From contig OX597815.1 of assembly GCA_951406725.2 (NCBI GenBank), positions 207,638,001-207,702,000 on the forward strand: a DNA stretch of 64,000 nucleotides, read 5' to 3'. The notes under the pieces were generated by a model that was not told where the DNA came from, searched no databases, and was given only the letters and a program-made list of their open reading frames with translations. How positions within the stretch are numbered: position 1 is the first letter of the stretch; every line of letters begins with the position of its first letter. The position numbers were made by a program, and so were the translations under genes. This DNA comes from Octopus vulgaris (taxonomy: Eukaryota). Positions 50,815 to 64,000 of this stretch are shown in pieces.

Positions 50815-51040
50815 AATTTTTAGCATTTAAAGTGGTTATATCTGGCCAATATTCTACCAGCTTTATGCTCAAAACCATCCAGATCTGGCCTCTCACACTA
50901 ACCCTACAATGTCATTCTAAAAATAAACAATCACAGCATCAAAATCTCAAAACTACATGACAATGTATGATTAATTCAAAGCAATGTGAATAAATAAGTA
51001 TTACATTTGACAGAGTAATCTGAGTGCCAAAAGGGTTAAA
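50815..51040. mobile_element. TTAA-type MITE (inverted orientation)
   Basis: Homology to 13662-13877; ends aaagggttaa. Confidence 0.65.
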
Positions 51041-52119
51041 GCAGGAAGTTTGTATCTAGGATTAAGGGTAATCTAGGATTAAGGGTAATCTCAGGCAGGT
51101 TGATATCAATAGGTGTAAGCAGATGTATGTTAGCAAGTAATTTGTATTTCTTGTAGTCTTTTACTTATTCCTTCCATCTTTTGGAAATGATGGACTGATT
51201 TTAAATTCTGGAATTAGTGAAAATATAAAAAAAAAAAGGCAGTTGAAATGAAGAGAAACAAAATGTAGGTGTTATGAAGTCATATGCAAAAATTTGAAAT
51301 TTTAAGTATTTTTGAACTTTCAAACTTTCACAATATATCTCTATGAAAACGTAAATTGTTAATCTGCAATACTCGATCTATAAACATGTTGTATGCTAAA
51401 CAAAAAATTTGAACTTATAAACATTTACTATGATATGCTTTTTAAGTTACTAAATATTAGTTATTCCACAGACAAGATCTTCATATTGATAAATTGATGT
51501 TTTGAGTTAAACAACATAATTTCTATAGTTATTTTGTTAATATAAACTTCATTTATAAAGATGTTGGATAATTTTAGCTTTCTACACACAACTTTTTTTT
51601 CATAATTAACTCTAACTAGAAACTTTTGATGAATTTTTTTTTTTATCAAATTTAATAAAGAGAAATCGCATCTCACTGGGGACATGCTCACACACACACA
51701 CACAAGTACTACCATCCTTTTACATTTACTTTCCATGCTGGCATGGGTTGGATGAGTAATTGCTGTTCCCCAAGGTGGGCCAGAGAAAATCATCTTGCTT
51801 ATAAGTTTTATTTTTGTTTGTTTTCTATGGCTGAATGTTTTTCCTAAAATCAACAACTTTACAAAGTGCAGTGGGTGCATTTTCTTCATAGCACCAGTAC
51901 TAGAGAAGATAGGAGTGAATGCACAATGGATAGCAAGAGGTGGTTAAATGGTGAGGCTAAATGGGGGACATCAATGCAGAATGGTCAGATGGGAAGTGTA
52001 GGTAGAGTGCATGGGGTATAGACACATCAGACCCCAATGAGGCTGATGTTGTATTCCTTTTACTGATCTTACTAATATATATACATATGCATGTATGTAT
52101 GTATGCATGCAGAAAGGGT

Positions 52120-52430
52120 AACGGTGAATGGCTTAGTGGTTAGAGCACTGAGTTTACAATCATTAGGCTGTGTGTTGTGCTCTTGAGCAAGAGACTTTAT
52201 TTTCCTGTTGCTCAGTTCACTCACCTGTAGGAATGAATTGCAACGTCATTCATGCCAAGTTGTGTCGTCATTTACCTTTCCCTTGGACAACATTGGTGGT
52301 GTGGAGAGGGAAGGGTGGTATGCATAGGCAGGTGCTAGTCTTCTGCAAACAACCCAGCCAAGACTTGTGCCTCAGAGGGTAACTTTCTATGTGTAATCCC
52401 ATGGTCAGTCATGACTGAAGGGGATCTTTA
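52120..52430 (+). mobile_element. SINE family D
   Basis: Homologous to 40928-41265. Confidence 0.75.
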
Positions 52431-54015
52431 TGTGTTGTGTGTGTGTAGATTGTTAGAATAGGTGTACAGATTTTATATATTAAGAAAAAGGAGGCAGCCA
52501 GGATTTGGAGAGAAATTATTTGTTTAGCACTTTTGGCTCTTTCAAGGATTCATCATGAATGATGAACACCTCACTCAAGGGGACCGTGGTGTCGGTGGAG
52601 AGGATGACAGATAGGGGAGGGTGGAAGTAGGGCTTGCAGGGCACATGCGCGGCAGGAGACGGAAGCGGTGAGGGACGACGCATGTGTGGCATCGACGAAG
52701 CAGCAGTTGCAGCTCACACGAGGAAGGGACGAGACGTATCGAGAGAGATCTGATCTTCGCTGAGCTTTTGGTAGACTAATCTTCACCGAGGTAAGACCTG
52801 ATTATATTTCCTTTCTCCTTTTTCTGTGGTCCTCTTTCATCATTCACACCTCAAGGGGACAAAAGTGGTAAATATAGTTTTAGTCCAAATCCTGACTACT
52901 TTCTTTTTCTTTTGATCGATTGACTAACAGACAGACAAACAGAGACATGTGCTTTTCTAAAACTAACATCAAAAAACAATTGCAGGCTGACTACAAGCAT
53001 CTTTATACTACTTAATCCAGAGAAAAGCTGCAGCCTCTCTTGCAGACCTCAGCTTCTCTTACATCAAAATTGCAAACTGTTTAGACTAAAATGACCCATA
53101 TACTTAATTCCTTTCATGGGGAGCTACAAAAATAGTATTTTCTCCAGAATTTGGTACATTTCACCTCAAAGGAAAAAATAAATGTTAGTATTCTTTGCTA
53201 ATTGTTCTTATCATTATTTTTGTAAGAATTACAACTTCATTCCAACTGCCTTTTCTTTTTTGTACTCCTGTACTTTGTACTCCTGCACTTTATAAAGTAT
53301 TTTGTTTCCTTATTTGAACTATAAATCAATCTTATGTTTAAAAACTTTTCATCAAGTTTTTTCATATGCTTGCTTTTATACATTTCAGGGAAAGAAAAAA
53401 ATTTATAATTTATAAGTTCAGGAAGGATCAGGGATATTTTTAAAAATATAATCATAATAATAAAATTGCTATATACATAATTTTTATGAAAAAAAAAAAA
53501 CCATAAAATTCTTATTTACCAAGATTAATTTCTGACCATAACTTATTCATTTTCTTAAAGGGTAATTATAAAATATAATTTGATTTTTAAAAAATTGATA
53601 CTTATAATACACTAATTTTCAAACCAAATATATATTTCATATCTGACACTGGTATTAAATTCAAGTTTTTTTATTGCGTATGAAATAGTCTCTGGGAATT
53701 CTACTTGTTACAATATACTCAGTCAATTATTTAATTGTTGCCAGAATCTTTACTTAAGAAAGAGAAATACTTTCAAGACTAACATTTTGCAATGCTAACA
53801 TTATTATACTGTTAATATAAAGAAAAAAGTTCATGTTCAGGTAAGTTTCTCTGAAAATATCAAATACACTGAATCATGGCTCCTACTTTTTCATCAGAAT
53901 TAGAAATGTACAAATTTAGAAAAAATATTGCTTGTATGTGTGTATATATATATAAATGTATCTTGTTGTGTCTTGGGAGGGATATTACGGCAATAATAAC
54001 ACACGCAAAAACGAA

Positions 54016-54056
<41 letters not shown>

Positions 54057-55481
54057 CATACTGTAAGTAAATAATTCAAAATGTATAAAAATACATGTAA
54101 AAGTATGTGCACATATAAACATATATATATATATATGTATATATATATTATGTATGCATATGAACTAAACTAAGTTAGGAACAAATATGAAGTTGGAAGG
54201 TAACATAAATGAGGGGAAAATTCAAACAAAAGTAAGAGTGTGTTGAGTATCTACCAAAACTATGTAAGTAAACACCGTGGATGAAAATGACTGTTGGCAT
54301 GACATTGAGACATTTAAAGCAATCTACAAAGAACTCAGACTAAACGACGTGTGTAGATTACTGATGGTTAAGAGAACAATTCTGACTACTCACAAAAGTT
54401 GTTATACTCACATAGAAATACTGACACTATAACTTACTCTCAGTAAGAAAACATACTCACTCTATATTTGTCTAAGAATTGTCCTTTCAAATGCTTACTT
54501 GAGTTCTACAAGAAATTCAAAAGAAAGCTGAGTCTGACAAAATATTAGTTTTTTTTGTTTTGATTTTTTTTTTTTTCATTTTTCATTTTTTCAATTCATT
54601 TTGCTTTTCTGCAAGTTTGAGAAATGACACTATCTTTTCAAAATGATTTGATACCTTCTTCTTGAAACTGGAGTTAAAAGATTTGCAATCTTTTCACAAA
54701 GAGTTGTCTTGTATTAGCTACAATATTCTTTGATATAGAAACACAGGAAACCTTGGATGTATTGAAAAAAAAAAAAAAGCTCAGCTTTGAAATATTGAGG
54801 AATCTCATCAAAGAATATGATATGGGGGAAAGAAAAATTTTGGTTAAAAGACTTTTTCAGATTCAGTGAAACAACACAGTGAACACAGAGTAGAAAACAC
54901 ACCCACAAATGGCAATTATGAAATTAAAAATTGGTTTAGCATTGCATATTTTCATTCTTGCATTCAATTTCTGCTGATGGAAGAAATCAATTAAATATAC
55001 TTATTTTAGATTTCATAAATCTTTTTCAGAAAAAAGAAAAAAAACCATAACATAAAAACACAATGTTATATCCACTATTATTTTCATCATAGCCATTATC
55101 ATTATCATCATCACCATACTAATCATCATATTTGTTATTTTTCTTTCTTCTTTTTCATACTGGTATGCTTTGGATAAATCTGTAATATCCCACTCCTCAA
55201 TTCATTTGAATCCCGTATCATCATTTTAAGCTTAATTCAAAATCCACAAGCCTTTATTTATCTATCTTCACCACTCTCTATTAGTAACTCAAATTGCTTT
55301 TATTAATTATTAAAAGACTACTAGATACTAGTCAAATCTTGCCAGTTTAGTTTTAAGACATTGGTCTATTATCTTAATTGGTTTATTTATCATGATGTTG
55401 TATTTTAATTCACCAAATAGACAAGGTGCAAACCTATTCTATCTTTTGAATTACTTTGCTACTGCTATGCATGATTGGTAT

Positions 55482-55940
55482 TTAACCCTTTAGCATTGAG
55501 ACCAGTGCTTTTGAAACTTTTTGCTGGAGCGGAACCCCAAGGGAACATTCCACTGGCTCGAGGAACCCCTGTGCAATAATTTAATAGTTTTCTGCACACA
55601 TATCTGCACAGGAGAATTAAAAATTACTGTCGATTTTAGCAGTTTTGTAACTTCTTGAGGAACCCATGAACTGTACTGGCAGAACCCTAAGGTTCTGGGG
55701 AACCCTGGTTGAAAACCACTGATTTAGACTACACAGTCAAATGTAATGCTTATTTATTCACATTGTTTTGAATTAATCATGCATTATCTTGTGGCTTTGA
55801 GATTTCAGTAAAGTGATTGTTATTTTCTTTTTGAGAACGAGAATGTAGAATTGGTGTGAGAGGCTGGATCTGCCTAGTTTGAACATAAAACAGGTAGAAT
55901 AGTTGGGCCCGATATGGCCGGGTCAAATGCTAAAGGGTTA
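55482..55940. mobile_element. TTAA-type MITE containing a nested hAT MITE
   Basis: ttaaccctttagcatt ... aatgctaaagggtta termini. Confidence 0.8.
55503..55721. mobile_element. hAT-type MITE
   Basis: cagtg...cactg termini, 8-bp TSD attgagac/atttagac. Confidence 0.85.
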
Positions 55941-56602
55941 TTCAACAACAACATGCTCCAACTTTTAACTCACCAGCATACCGCCTTCTCTCTCTCTCTC
56001 TCCTTTTTCTTTCTAATGTTGCTATAATGGTCCCTGTTATTCAGAGCTTGATTGTCTCATACCTTCTCTACTCAAGCAGCCCCAACTTTTTAATCTCTTA
56101 TTGCTTTTGCTGCAATCAATAGCATCCCAAACCAAACCTGCACTAACCATTATTCCCGGTCTTTGATCCCAGGAACTGCCCCCCACCCACTGGATACTTC
56201 TCCTTTGCGTCCTTCTTGCAGCTTTTGACCTGTAACAGTTTAAAGAGAACATAACATCTTCAAGCTCATTCGGTCTTTGATGGCCTACAAAAGTCACGGG
56301 CACTGGCCCCCGTCCTCCAGACTCAGCAAGTGAAAAAGGTAAAGGAGCACTGAATGATGCAATAGAGCTTTACTAACTCAGCAACTGTTGAGACATCACA
56401 CTAGTTTATTAGTTGTCATCTGAAATACAAATAGACATCATGCTTCCTTAAAAAGATAAAGTCATGGATAAAAATGAAATGCAAAGTGTAACTTTCAAAA
56501 TCTATTTACCAATAAAATTGTACAAGAGTAGCCTGGTCTTTTTTAAAGTTATGTGAGCAATCATGGCTTTTTAATTTAGGTCTTCACTAACTGCCAATTA
56601 CT

Positions 56603-56962
56603 TATCTTTTATCTTTTACTGGTTTTAGTCTTTGGACTGCAGCCATGCCGGGGCACCGTCTTGAAGAATTCTTACTTGAATGAATCAACTCCAGAATTTT
56701 TTTCTTTAAGCTTGATACTTATTTTAATGGTGTCCTTTGCTGAACTGCTAAGTTATGAGGATGTAAACACACCATTGGTTGTCAAGCTGTGGTGGGAGAC
56801 AAACACAGAAAACAAACACACACGCATACAATGGGCTTCTTTCAGTTTCTGTCTACCAAATCCACCAACAAATCTTTGATCAGCCCAAGGCTATAGTAGA
56901 AGACACTTGCCAAAAGTGCCATGCAGTGGGACTGAACCTGGAACCATAGCCATGCCTGCACC
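56603..56962 (-). mobile_element. SINE family A, older copy
   Basis: Homology to family A. Confidence 0.75.
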
Positions 56963-58191
56963 TTATGTGTATTTGATGCATCTGAAGTTTTTATTTTCTG
57001 TCAGACAGCCAAATATTGTATTATATCTTTGATCAATTATTTACAGACTGTAAAGTACTGAGTCCAAACCAATTTACTTCTACTAGTAAGAAAGTTAGGA
57101 GTACATAAACAACAACCCACGTTTAAGACTCAAATTAAATTTGGGAATAATGAAAGCAAAGTAAGAATTTTCAACAAATACAATGGAAAAACCATAAAGC
57201 AGTTGTTTACAAGTGCTCTATCTTCAGAACCTTTTACATTCTTTAAAGTTCTTGAGAAGCACAATATGATAAGAAGCCTGATAACTTGATCATTGCTGAA
57301 GAATTATCTGTTGGAGAATGGCAGATAAAGTTCACAATGTAGGAGAATGTCCTAACAATGAAAATGACAAAAACAGTAAATATTATTCTATGAAATCATT
57401 AATTTCACCAGGATTGTTATCTTTACAAAAAATGTAATCACCTTCTGGTAATTTTAGAAAGTTCAGCAGTCATTTTCTGGTAAAATGATAATTCTTCCTG
57501 TTAGAATATGTCTTTGAGTAAGTTTACATTAATGAGTGCAATGTACAATTTCCTGTAAGTCATACAACCTCATGGTCTCAGCAGACAAAATGGAAAAGGC
57601 ATTGCCCTGGAACAGCCAGTCTGACTCACAGGACTCATACTTGCAAACAGCCCTCTGTGCTCCAAGAGTGGTGAACAGGGATATGGCATCATGAATCAAG
57701 AAAAAATCCCAAAGTGTGAACCTATAGAAAGTTACTTTTCAGGGTACTTTACAAGGTACTGAAAGGGAGACTATACTGAAGCTAAAGTAATGTCCACATA
57801 AAGACCTATACATTCTAGATGGGTTTAGATTTCAGTTTCTTTTTTGTTTACTTTGTTGAGTTTTATCATGACCTGTAAAGGCCCTTCCACCTGACATTAG
57901 TAAATTCAATGCAGTTGCCATCCAGCTTGAACTTTTGTAGATTGAGAACTGCAAGGGAAAACATGGACTGGATGTGGGCATCAGAGGAATATTTATATCC
58001 ATGTAGGAAGTACAAGAGATGAGAAAAAGTAAGTGGCAGCAAGGCAGAAGTTGGTACACTAGTTCACAGAAATGGAGGCAGTAACATAAATAATATAAGA
58101 GGCAGAATGAAGATGTATAAAACAGCAGCAGTTATATGTACTGGTGACTTAATTTTTACTAATCTTTACAATATGGCCTTTTTAATAAATA

Positions 58192-58519
58192 TTGGCTTCC
58201 GTGCCGGTGGCACATAAAAAGCACCATCCGAACGTGGCCGATGCCAGCGCCGCCTTGACTGGCTTCCGTGCCAGTGGCACGTTAAAAGCACCAACCAATC
58301 ATGGCCAATGCCAGACTCCCCTGGTACCTGTGCCGGTGGCACGTAAAAAGCACCCACTACACTCGCGGAGTGGTTGGCGTTAGGAAGGGCATCCAGCTGT
58401 AGAAAAACTGCCAGATCAGACTGGAGCCTGGTGCAGCCCCTGGCTTCTCAGACCCCAGTCGAACTGTTCAACACGTGCTAGCACGGAAAACGGACGTTGA
58501 ACGATGATGATGATGATGA
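58192..58519 (+). mobile_element. Repeat family C
   Basis: Internal ~60-bp repeats and (gat)n tail; homologous to 7557-7879. Confidence 0.85.
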
Positions 58520-58892
58520 GTTCATGATGCTTGGACAAGATACAGCAATACCATCCCATATATGTATGCAGTACTTATGCTGTGGGACTTTTGCTTTCTC
58601 AGGACCCAAAAACTAATCAGGGCTGGTATTTTCTATCACTGGAAGAAAGTATAAAATATGGGGTGGAGTTTGGGCCAAATTACAGGTGTGTAATCGTCAG
58701 AGATTGTGGGGTTTAATTTTTATAGAAATTCTTCGTGTCATAACTGAGTAGAAAGTTTTAATATTACAGGATTGTTTCCTTGATATCTACAGTAATTCTA
58801 ATTAATCCAAAAGTGTTCAAGAACTAAACAGTATCTCAAATATCTTACTCCCATTTAGAGGATGTATCTATCACTTTGAAAATAAAAAATAC

Positions 58893-59218
58893 TCTGTGTG
58901 GTAGAAATTTGTTTCCCAGCCATATGGTTTCGAGTTCAGTCTCACTATAATGATACCTTTGGCAAGTGTCTTCTGCCCTAGTTCAGAGCTGACCAAAGCC
59001 CCAACTCCCACCATTGCCACTAGTGTTTGATGAATGGTGTTGATTTGTTCACATCCTTGTAACTTAGCAGTTCAGCAAATGAGTCTGATATGATGAGTGG
59101 CAGATTTTTTTTTTTAAATAAGTACAAAGGTTGATTTGTTCAACTAAAAACCCTTCAATGTGGTGCTCCAGCATGGCCACAGTCCAGTGACTGAAACAGG
59201 TAAAACAAAAGATAAAAG
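58893..59218 (+). mobile_element. SINE family A, older copy
   Basis: Degenerate head and tggtgctccagcatggccacag tail. Confidence 0.7.
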
Positions 59219-59401
59219 GTATTTAGAAACAGAAATATTTTTCTATTGCACAAAATCACGACCTCATTCTCAAAGAGACTATGCTACACACAAACGTTAA
59301 CTCCAATGGCTTTGTTATACCACTGATCAATATATTCTACAATTACATTATAAACTGATAAGCTCTTGATAACTTTTTTTATAGCAAAACCTTTACCCTT
59401 A

Positions 59402-59640
59402 AACCCCTAAGGGTGGATGCTACTGTAGTTTGTAGTCCCAGGAGGACACCTCCTCCAGCTGGCTATAGACACACTTTCTGTGCCCTATCAGTATTTGCAA
59501 AGGGAAGCCATCCTGGTGTCCTCCTGGGGCTACAAACTACAGTAGCATCCACCCTTAGGGGTTAGCCATATTCAAATGGCAAATATACGTCACGATGTGT
59601 TGCTGCTACTGTTTATAACTCGCTCTGAGATTTATCATTC
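59402..59640. repeat. Fold-back repeat family P1 (second copy)
   Basis: 49-bp arms at 59402-59450 and 59515-59563 with one mismatch. Homologous to 26900-27170. Confidence 0.85.
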
Positions 59641-60189
59641 TTTACTCTTAAGCTGATCAATTTACTTACAAGACATCCTTAGCCTGTCATAAAATACAAA
59701 TGAAATTTGCTCAAATACAACCCACAATCTATGAAAAAGAAAGACACACGGACAATACATTCTAGATATAGAGAGAGACGGGATGGCTTCACTGCTGGAA
59801 TGACATATGATCATCAGTCTGCAGAATCAGGGCTAACAAAGGGTGAAACAACAGAAACAAAAATCTTTACAAAACTGAGAAAAGAAGTTTTGGGGACTTT
59901 GATTGGAGAATTGCAATTTCGGTAAAAACTAGTACTAGAATATGACTATTTCACTAAAAGATAATAATATGCTATAGGTATTTTGGTAAAAGGTAATACA
60001 GTAAAAGATAATGGAATATGACTATTTCAGTAAAAGATAATACCATATTTACTGGGGGCAGATTAAAATCCATAGAGACCTTAAGCATTTAAAAGATTTT
60101 GGTGCTGCCAATATGTGTAATTCAAAATATAAACATATTGTATATTATGGGCTAAGTATTAATGAGAATCTTCCACAAGGTCCAGTCCT

Positions 60190-60500
60190 TGTTGCAGTAT
60201 GGTGACTAGTGTGCCTTGGAGCTGTGTCAGCAAAATGCAGCTTCCTAGTGGGGGCCTCTTATGTTGGACAAGTCAAAGGATAGAAGCCAGGCTAATATGA
60301 ACCATCTCTTTCCACAGGTAAAAATGGGTTTGCGTAGGGCCAAAACCCCAACATAAGAAAGAGCAAAGTAACAGAAGCATCAATGACAATTCAAAAACCA
60401 ACAAGACCCGAGAGAGGGAAAACACAGCCAAGATTCAAGATCAGTTGAGAAAAGTCATGAATGGCCTATGTTCTAAAGGGACGGAAAGGCTTAAGTGAGT
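60190..60500 (+). mobile_element. Possible non-autonomous RTE derivative (5' UTR-like part plus 3' tail)
   Basis: Ends ggcctatgttct..gaaaggcttaagtgagt, which resembles RTE 3' tails as recalled. Confidence 0.4.
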
Positions 60501-61566
60501 GTTACTGAGAATAGCTTCAAAATCAAGACAGAGGGAACTGGTGGTTCCTAGTTAGGCAGACACAAAAACTTTAATGTTTAGTGATTTTATTGTAAGTAGC
60601 AGGAGATCAAGACGGTTGTAAAGCAGTTAGGGGGAAAGATAAAATTTCAAAATGTTGGAGATTTCAGATCAGCATTGAGAATTTCATGTCAGAAATTTGG
60701 AAACAGGGCAATTTAGTTGTGTGACAAGTAATTTAGATAATATATCTAAGATCTGAGGGTTGATGTTTTTTGATGTAGCAATGAAGTGTAGAGTAGCAAA
60801 GTTTATAAGAAAAGGAATCACAATTTAGACAAAGTATGACTATAGGATATTGAGAAAACTGTTGTAAAAGAAAAATATAATACATCCCTGTGGTTACTTA
60901 CAAATCATTTCATCTCTCTCTCTCTCTCTCCCCACCCTTTTTATACTTTGAAAATGTAGCAAGGAACCTGTTGAGTTTTGAACCACAGCTCACAGAATTT
61001 CCCAGTCCAAAACCATGACCTAACATGTGTGTGTGTGTGTGTGTGTCTGTGCATTCATGTGTGTTTGTGTATGTAGTCTCTATAACCTTTGGATTTGGGT
61101 TTACTATAATATTATAGAAGATGAGCATTAAAAATGATGATGGCTATGACTATGATGATGAGGATGACAGCTATAAAGGTGATTATAATCATGTGCATAT
61201 CCAAGCTTGAATTATTTTAAATTCACTTTTGTGTGTAAGTTTATAAATGTTGCAACAAACATCCAGAAAAATGTCTAGATATTAACCCTTAGGAGATATA
61301 ACAGGGCTGATCTATTGGCCAAAAGGTCAAAAGATGAAGAAGACTGTATTAGTTCATTGAACGTCCTACAAGAATATATGTAGTTTTATGTAAAGTAATA
61401 ACTTTATCTTCTATAATTTTGTGTGAAAAAATGAGTGCATGCCCTCTGTAATTCTTGTGAAAAGGGCTCCATCTTCTTTGCCCTGAAACTCCAAATCAGG
61501 TGTTAATAAAATAAAACATTATTGAGAGAAACAGTGGCTACTGCTTCCTAATTACAGGAATTCTCC

Positions 61567-61963
61567 GAGTGGCTGTGTGGTAAGTAGCTTGCTTACCAAA
61601 ACATGGTTCCGGGTTCAGTCCCACTGCATGGAATCTTGGGCAAGTGTCTTCTACTATAGCCTCGGGCCAACCAAAGCCTTGTGAGTGGATTTGGTAAACA
61701 GAAACTGAAAGAAGCCCGTCGTATATATGTATGTATATATACATATGTTTGTGTGTCTGTGTTTGTCCCCCTAGCATTGCTTGACAACCGATGCTGGTGT
61801 GTTTACGTCCCCATTACTTAGCGGTTCGGCAAAAGAGAGACCGATAGAATAAGTACTGGGCTTACAAAGAATAAGTCCCGGGGTCGATTTGCTCGACTAA
61901 AGGCGGTGCTCCAGCATGGCCGCAGTCAAATGACTGAAACACGTAAAAGAGTAAAAGAGTAAG
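61567..61963 (+). mobile_element. SINE family A (young)
   Basis: Near-identical to 1416-1821; (taaaagag)n tail. Confidence 0.88.
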
Positions 61964-62618
61964 TCGTGGAGGTATTGCACTCCTTAAAGTTTTGCTGTAA
62001 TGTGGAGTTGTGTAAACAGAAAAACTTATTTTTTTTATTGACTTCTATTGTTATATGGAAGTCAATAAACGTGAAAGGGAATGTGAAAATATGTTCTGTG
62101 TAATGAAACTGCATGTTACAGCAAGACTATCACAAATGCAAAGCTTCCATAAGGCAGGGGATACCTGTACAGTATTGTGAGTCTTTCTTCTGTTAGTTTG
62201 CAAGTTATCTTCATCAAGTATGCATGTGTAAGAGAGAGAGAGAGAGAGGGGGAGGGGAGAGAGGGAGTAAGTGTTTGTGTGAAGGAGGAGTGTATGAACA
62301 ATTAAGGGTTATAACAGTATTTTCTAAACCTGACAGAAGATGCCCAAGCCAAGGGAAGTAACTTAAGTTTTCTAGCTGACTTGTGTCAGATGTGCTTCTA
62401 TTTGCGTGAACATGTGTGTGTATATGAAAACACTAAATTATGCTCATAATTACACACACACACACAGAAATTGTCCTTAAGTTTGTAGTTATTTGGTCAA
62501 ATGTGATTTTAAAGTTTGTTTCTTTTTAACAGAGACTCACAAAATGAAAATTCCCTCTCTAGTGGCAGTGCATTGATTAAATGCACCCAGTACACTTGTT
62601 AGGTTTTTCTTTTTATAC

Positions 62619-63019
62619 AGGCAGAGGAGTGGCTGTGTGGTAAGTAGCTTGCTTACCAACCACATGGTTCCGGGTTCAGTCCCACTGCGTGGCATCTTGG
62701 GCATGTGTCTTCTGCTATAGCCCCGGGCCGACCAATGCCTTGTGAGTGGATTTGGTAGACGGAAACCAAAAGAAGCCTGTCGTATATATGTATATGTTTG
62801 TGTGTCTGTGTTTGTCCCCCTAGCATTGCTTGACAACCGATGCTGGTGTGTTTATGTCCCTGTCACTTAGCGGTTCGGCAAAAGAGACCGATAGAATAAG
62901 TACTGGGCTTACAAAGAATAAGTCCTGGGGTCGATTTGCTCGACTAAAGGCGGTGCTCCAGCATGGTTGCAGTCAAAATGACTGAAACAAGTAAAAGAGT
63001 AAAAAAGTAAAGAGTAAAA
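62619..63019 (+). mobile_element. SINE family A (young)
   Basis: Near-identical to 61567-61963. Confidence 0.88.
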
Positions 63020-63407
63020 TGCCCTCTAAACCGTATGAAAACTTTCCTTTTAATTGACAGTGATATATGCCTATATACCTATTTCTGCATTTGCATAAGT
63101 GACTATAAATTATGTCATTTCATATTTATAAGATTGAATGTATGTTTTGCTTACACAAAGCTTTTAATTCATGTTCATACTTGGAATATTTGAAGCATTG
63201 AGTAAACTATGTTTGTTGGCAATTAGCTACCAGGACTTTGTAGCTTTCAATAATTCTATGCTTCCCAAAGTTTGCCTACATTACTTTCTGATGTACGCAG
63301 GCACCCTTTCTTCTCTGTGACCCTTTTAGTGTCTACTTTTCTTGTCTTTTTGTGCTTTATTTGTGCACTGAGCATGAATTCAGGCTTTCAGTGCTGCTTT
63401 CTACCTC

Positions 63408-63951
63408 TCTACTCTTTTCTGATGAGTTGAAGTGCACCTGAGCACTGTATACAATAAACCTATTATTATTATTGAGTGAGAGAGCAGTGCATACCATCAA
63501 AGTGACACTGGGGTAAAATATACAAAGCCCAGTATACCCATCATGACTACCCGTCTGATAAGGGTACACTAGGCACATGCATCACAACCATATGTGCGCG
63601 ACATGGTGATCTCATATTAAGGTAAACAGCGCATGACCTTGCAGGTGGGGCCCAGTTAGAATTTTCTTCTGGTCAAGTAGCCCATCCCACTCAAAAGGTC
63701 CCTGAATAAGGGTTGTTTAAGGATGTTGAATGAACCACCCATGTTTACAAAGGTGAATTATCCAAACCTCCATGAATTCCTTTCAACACATGGCTATGAT
63801 GCTTCCCCACTACTTCTGCTTGTAATCAGAGATGCACATATCGTCAGCCACTAAGGGACATGCTCAACTGGTTAAGGTCAAACAACTGACCAGCAAATCT
63901 GTGGTTTTGAGCAGAATATTTTCTGTAGCCCATCTTTTATACCAAGACAAG
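63408..63951. repeat. CR1 3'-terminal stub (63408-63470) abutting an unclassified repeat-like segment
   Basis: gtgcacctgagcactgtatacaata matches the CR1 3' end at about 13568. The GC-elevated segment that follows is probably another retroelement 3' UTR. Confidence 0.5.
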
Positions 63952-64000
63952 ATTTTTTTGTGTGTTTTTTTTTTGTAGGTTGCAGGTATTTAGATCTCAT

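Noticed and set aside
59935-60045. Short duplicated aatatgactatttca(c/g)taaaagataata
   Set aside because: Simple local duplication with no further structure.
41730-64000. Upstream RasGRF exon (RQCFLF..HL-type PH2 start)
   Set aside because: Not found by eye; it is probably beyond the window end, though I may have missed it.

Overview
AT-rich animal genomic DNA. The repeat families look like those I recall from Octopus (coleoid cephalopod), but this is not verified. The window lies inside one large minus-strand gene. Ten GT-AG exons (41729 to 3002) splice in consistent phase into about 690 codons of a RasGRF-family Ras exchange factor. They encode the C-terminal half of PH2 and a REM domain split by a ~450-aa Ser/Pro-rich insert. 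The 5' exons (DH, start of PH2) and 3' exons (CDC25) were not found and probably lie outside the window. The introns hold several SINE families, RTE/CR1-type LINE fragments, two mariner relics, piggyBac/hAT/Tc1-type MITEs, three non-autonomous Helitrons and microsatellites. The most notable signals are: (1) several minimal type I hammerhead-ribozyme-like motifs and long fold-back repeats typical of Penelope-like element relics; (2) a candidate frame-preserving 12-nt microexon; (3) inverted TE pairs flanking a skippable in-frame exon block; (4) a possible antisense exon in a TE-poor intron segment. Most ORFs in the supplied track are spurious or repeat-derived. Repeat boundaries are approximate unless TSDs or TIRs are quoted.
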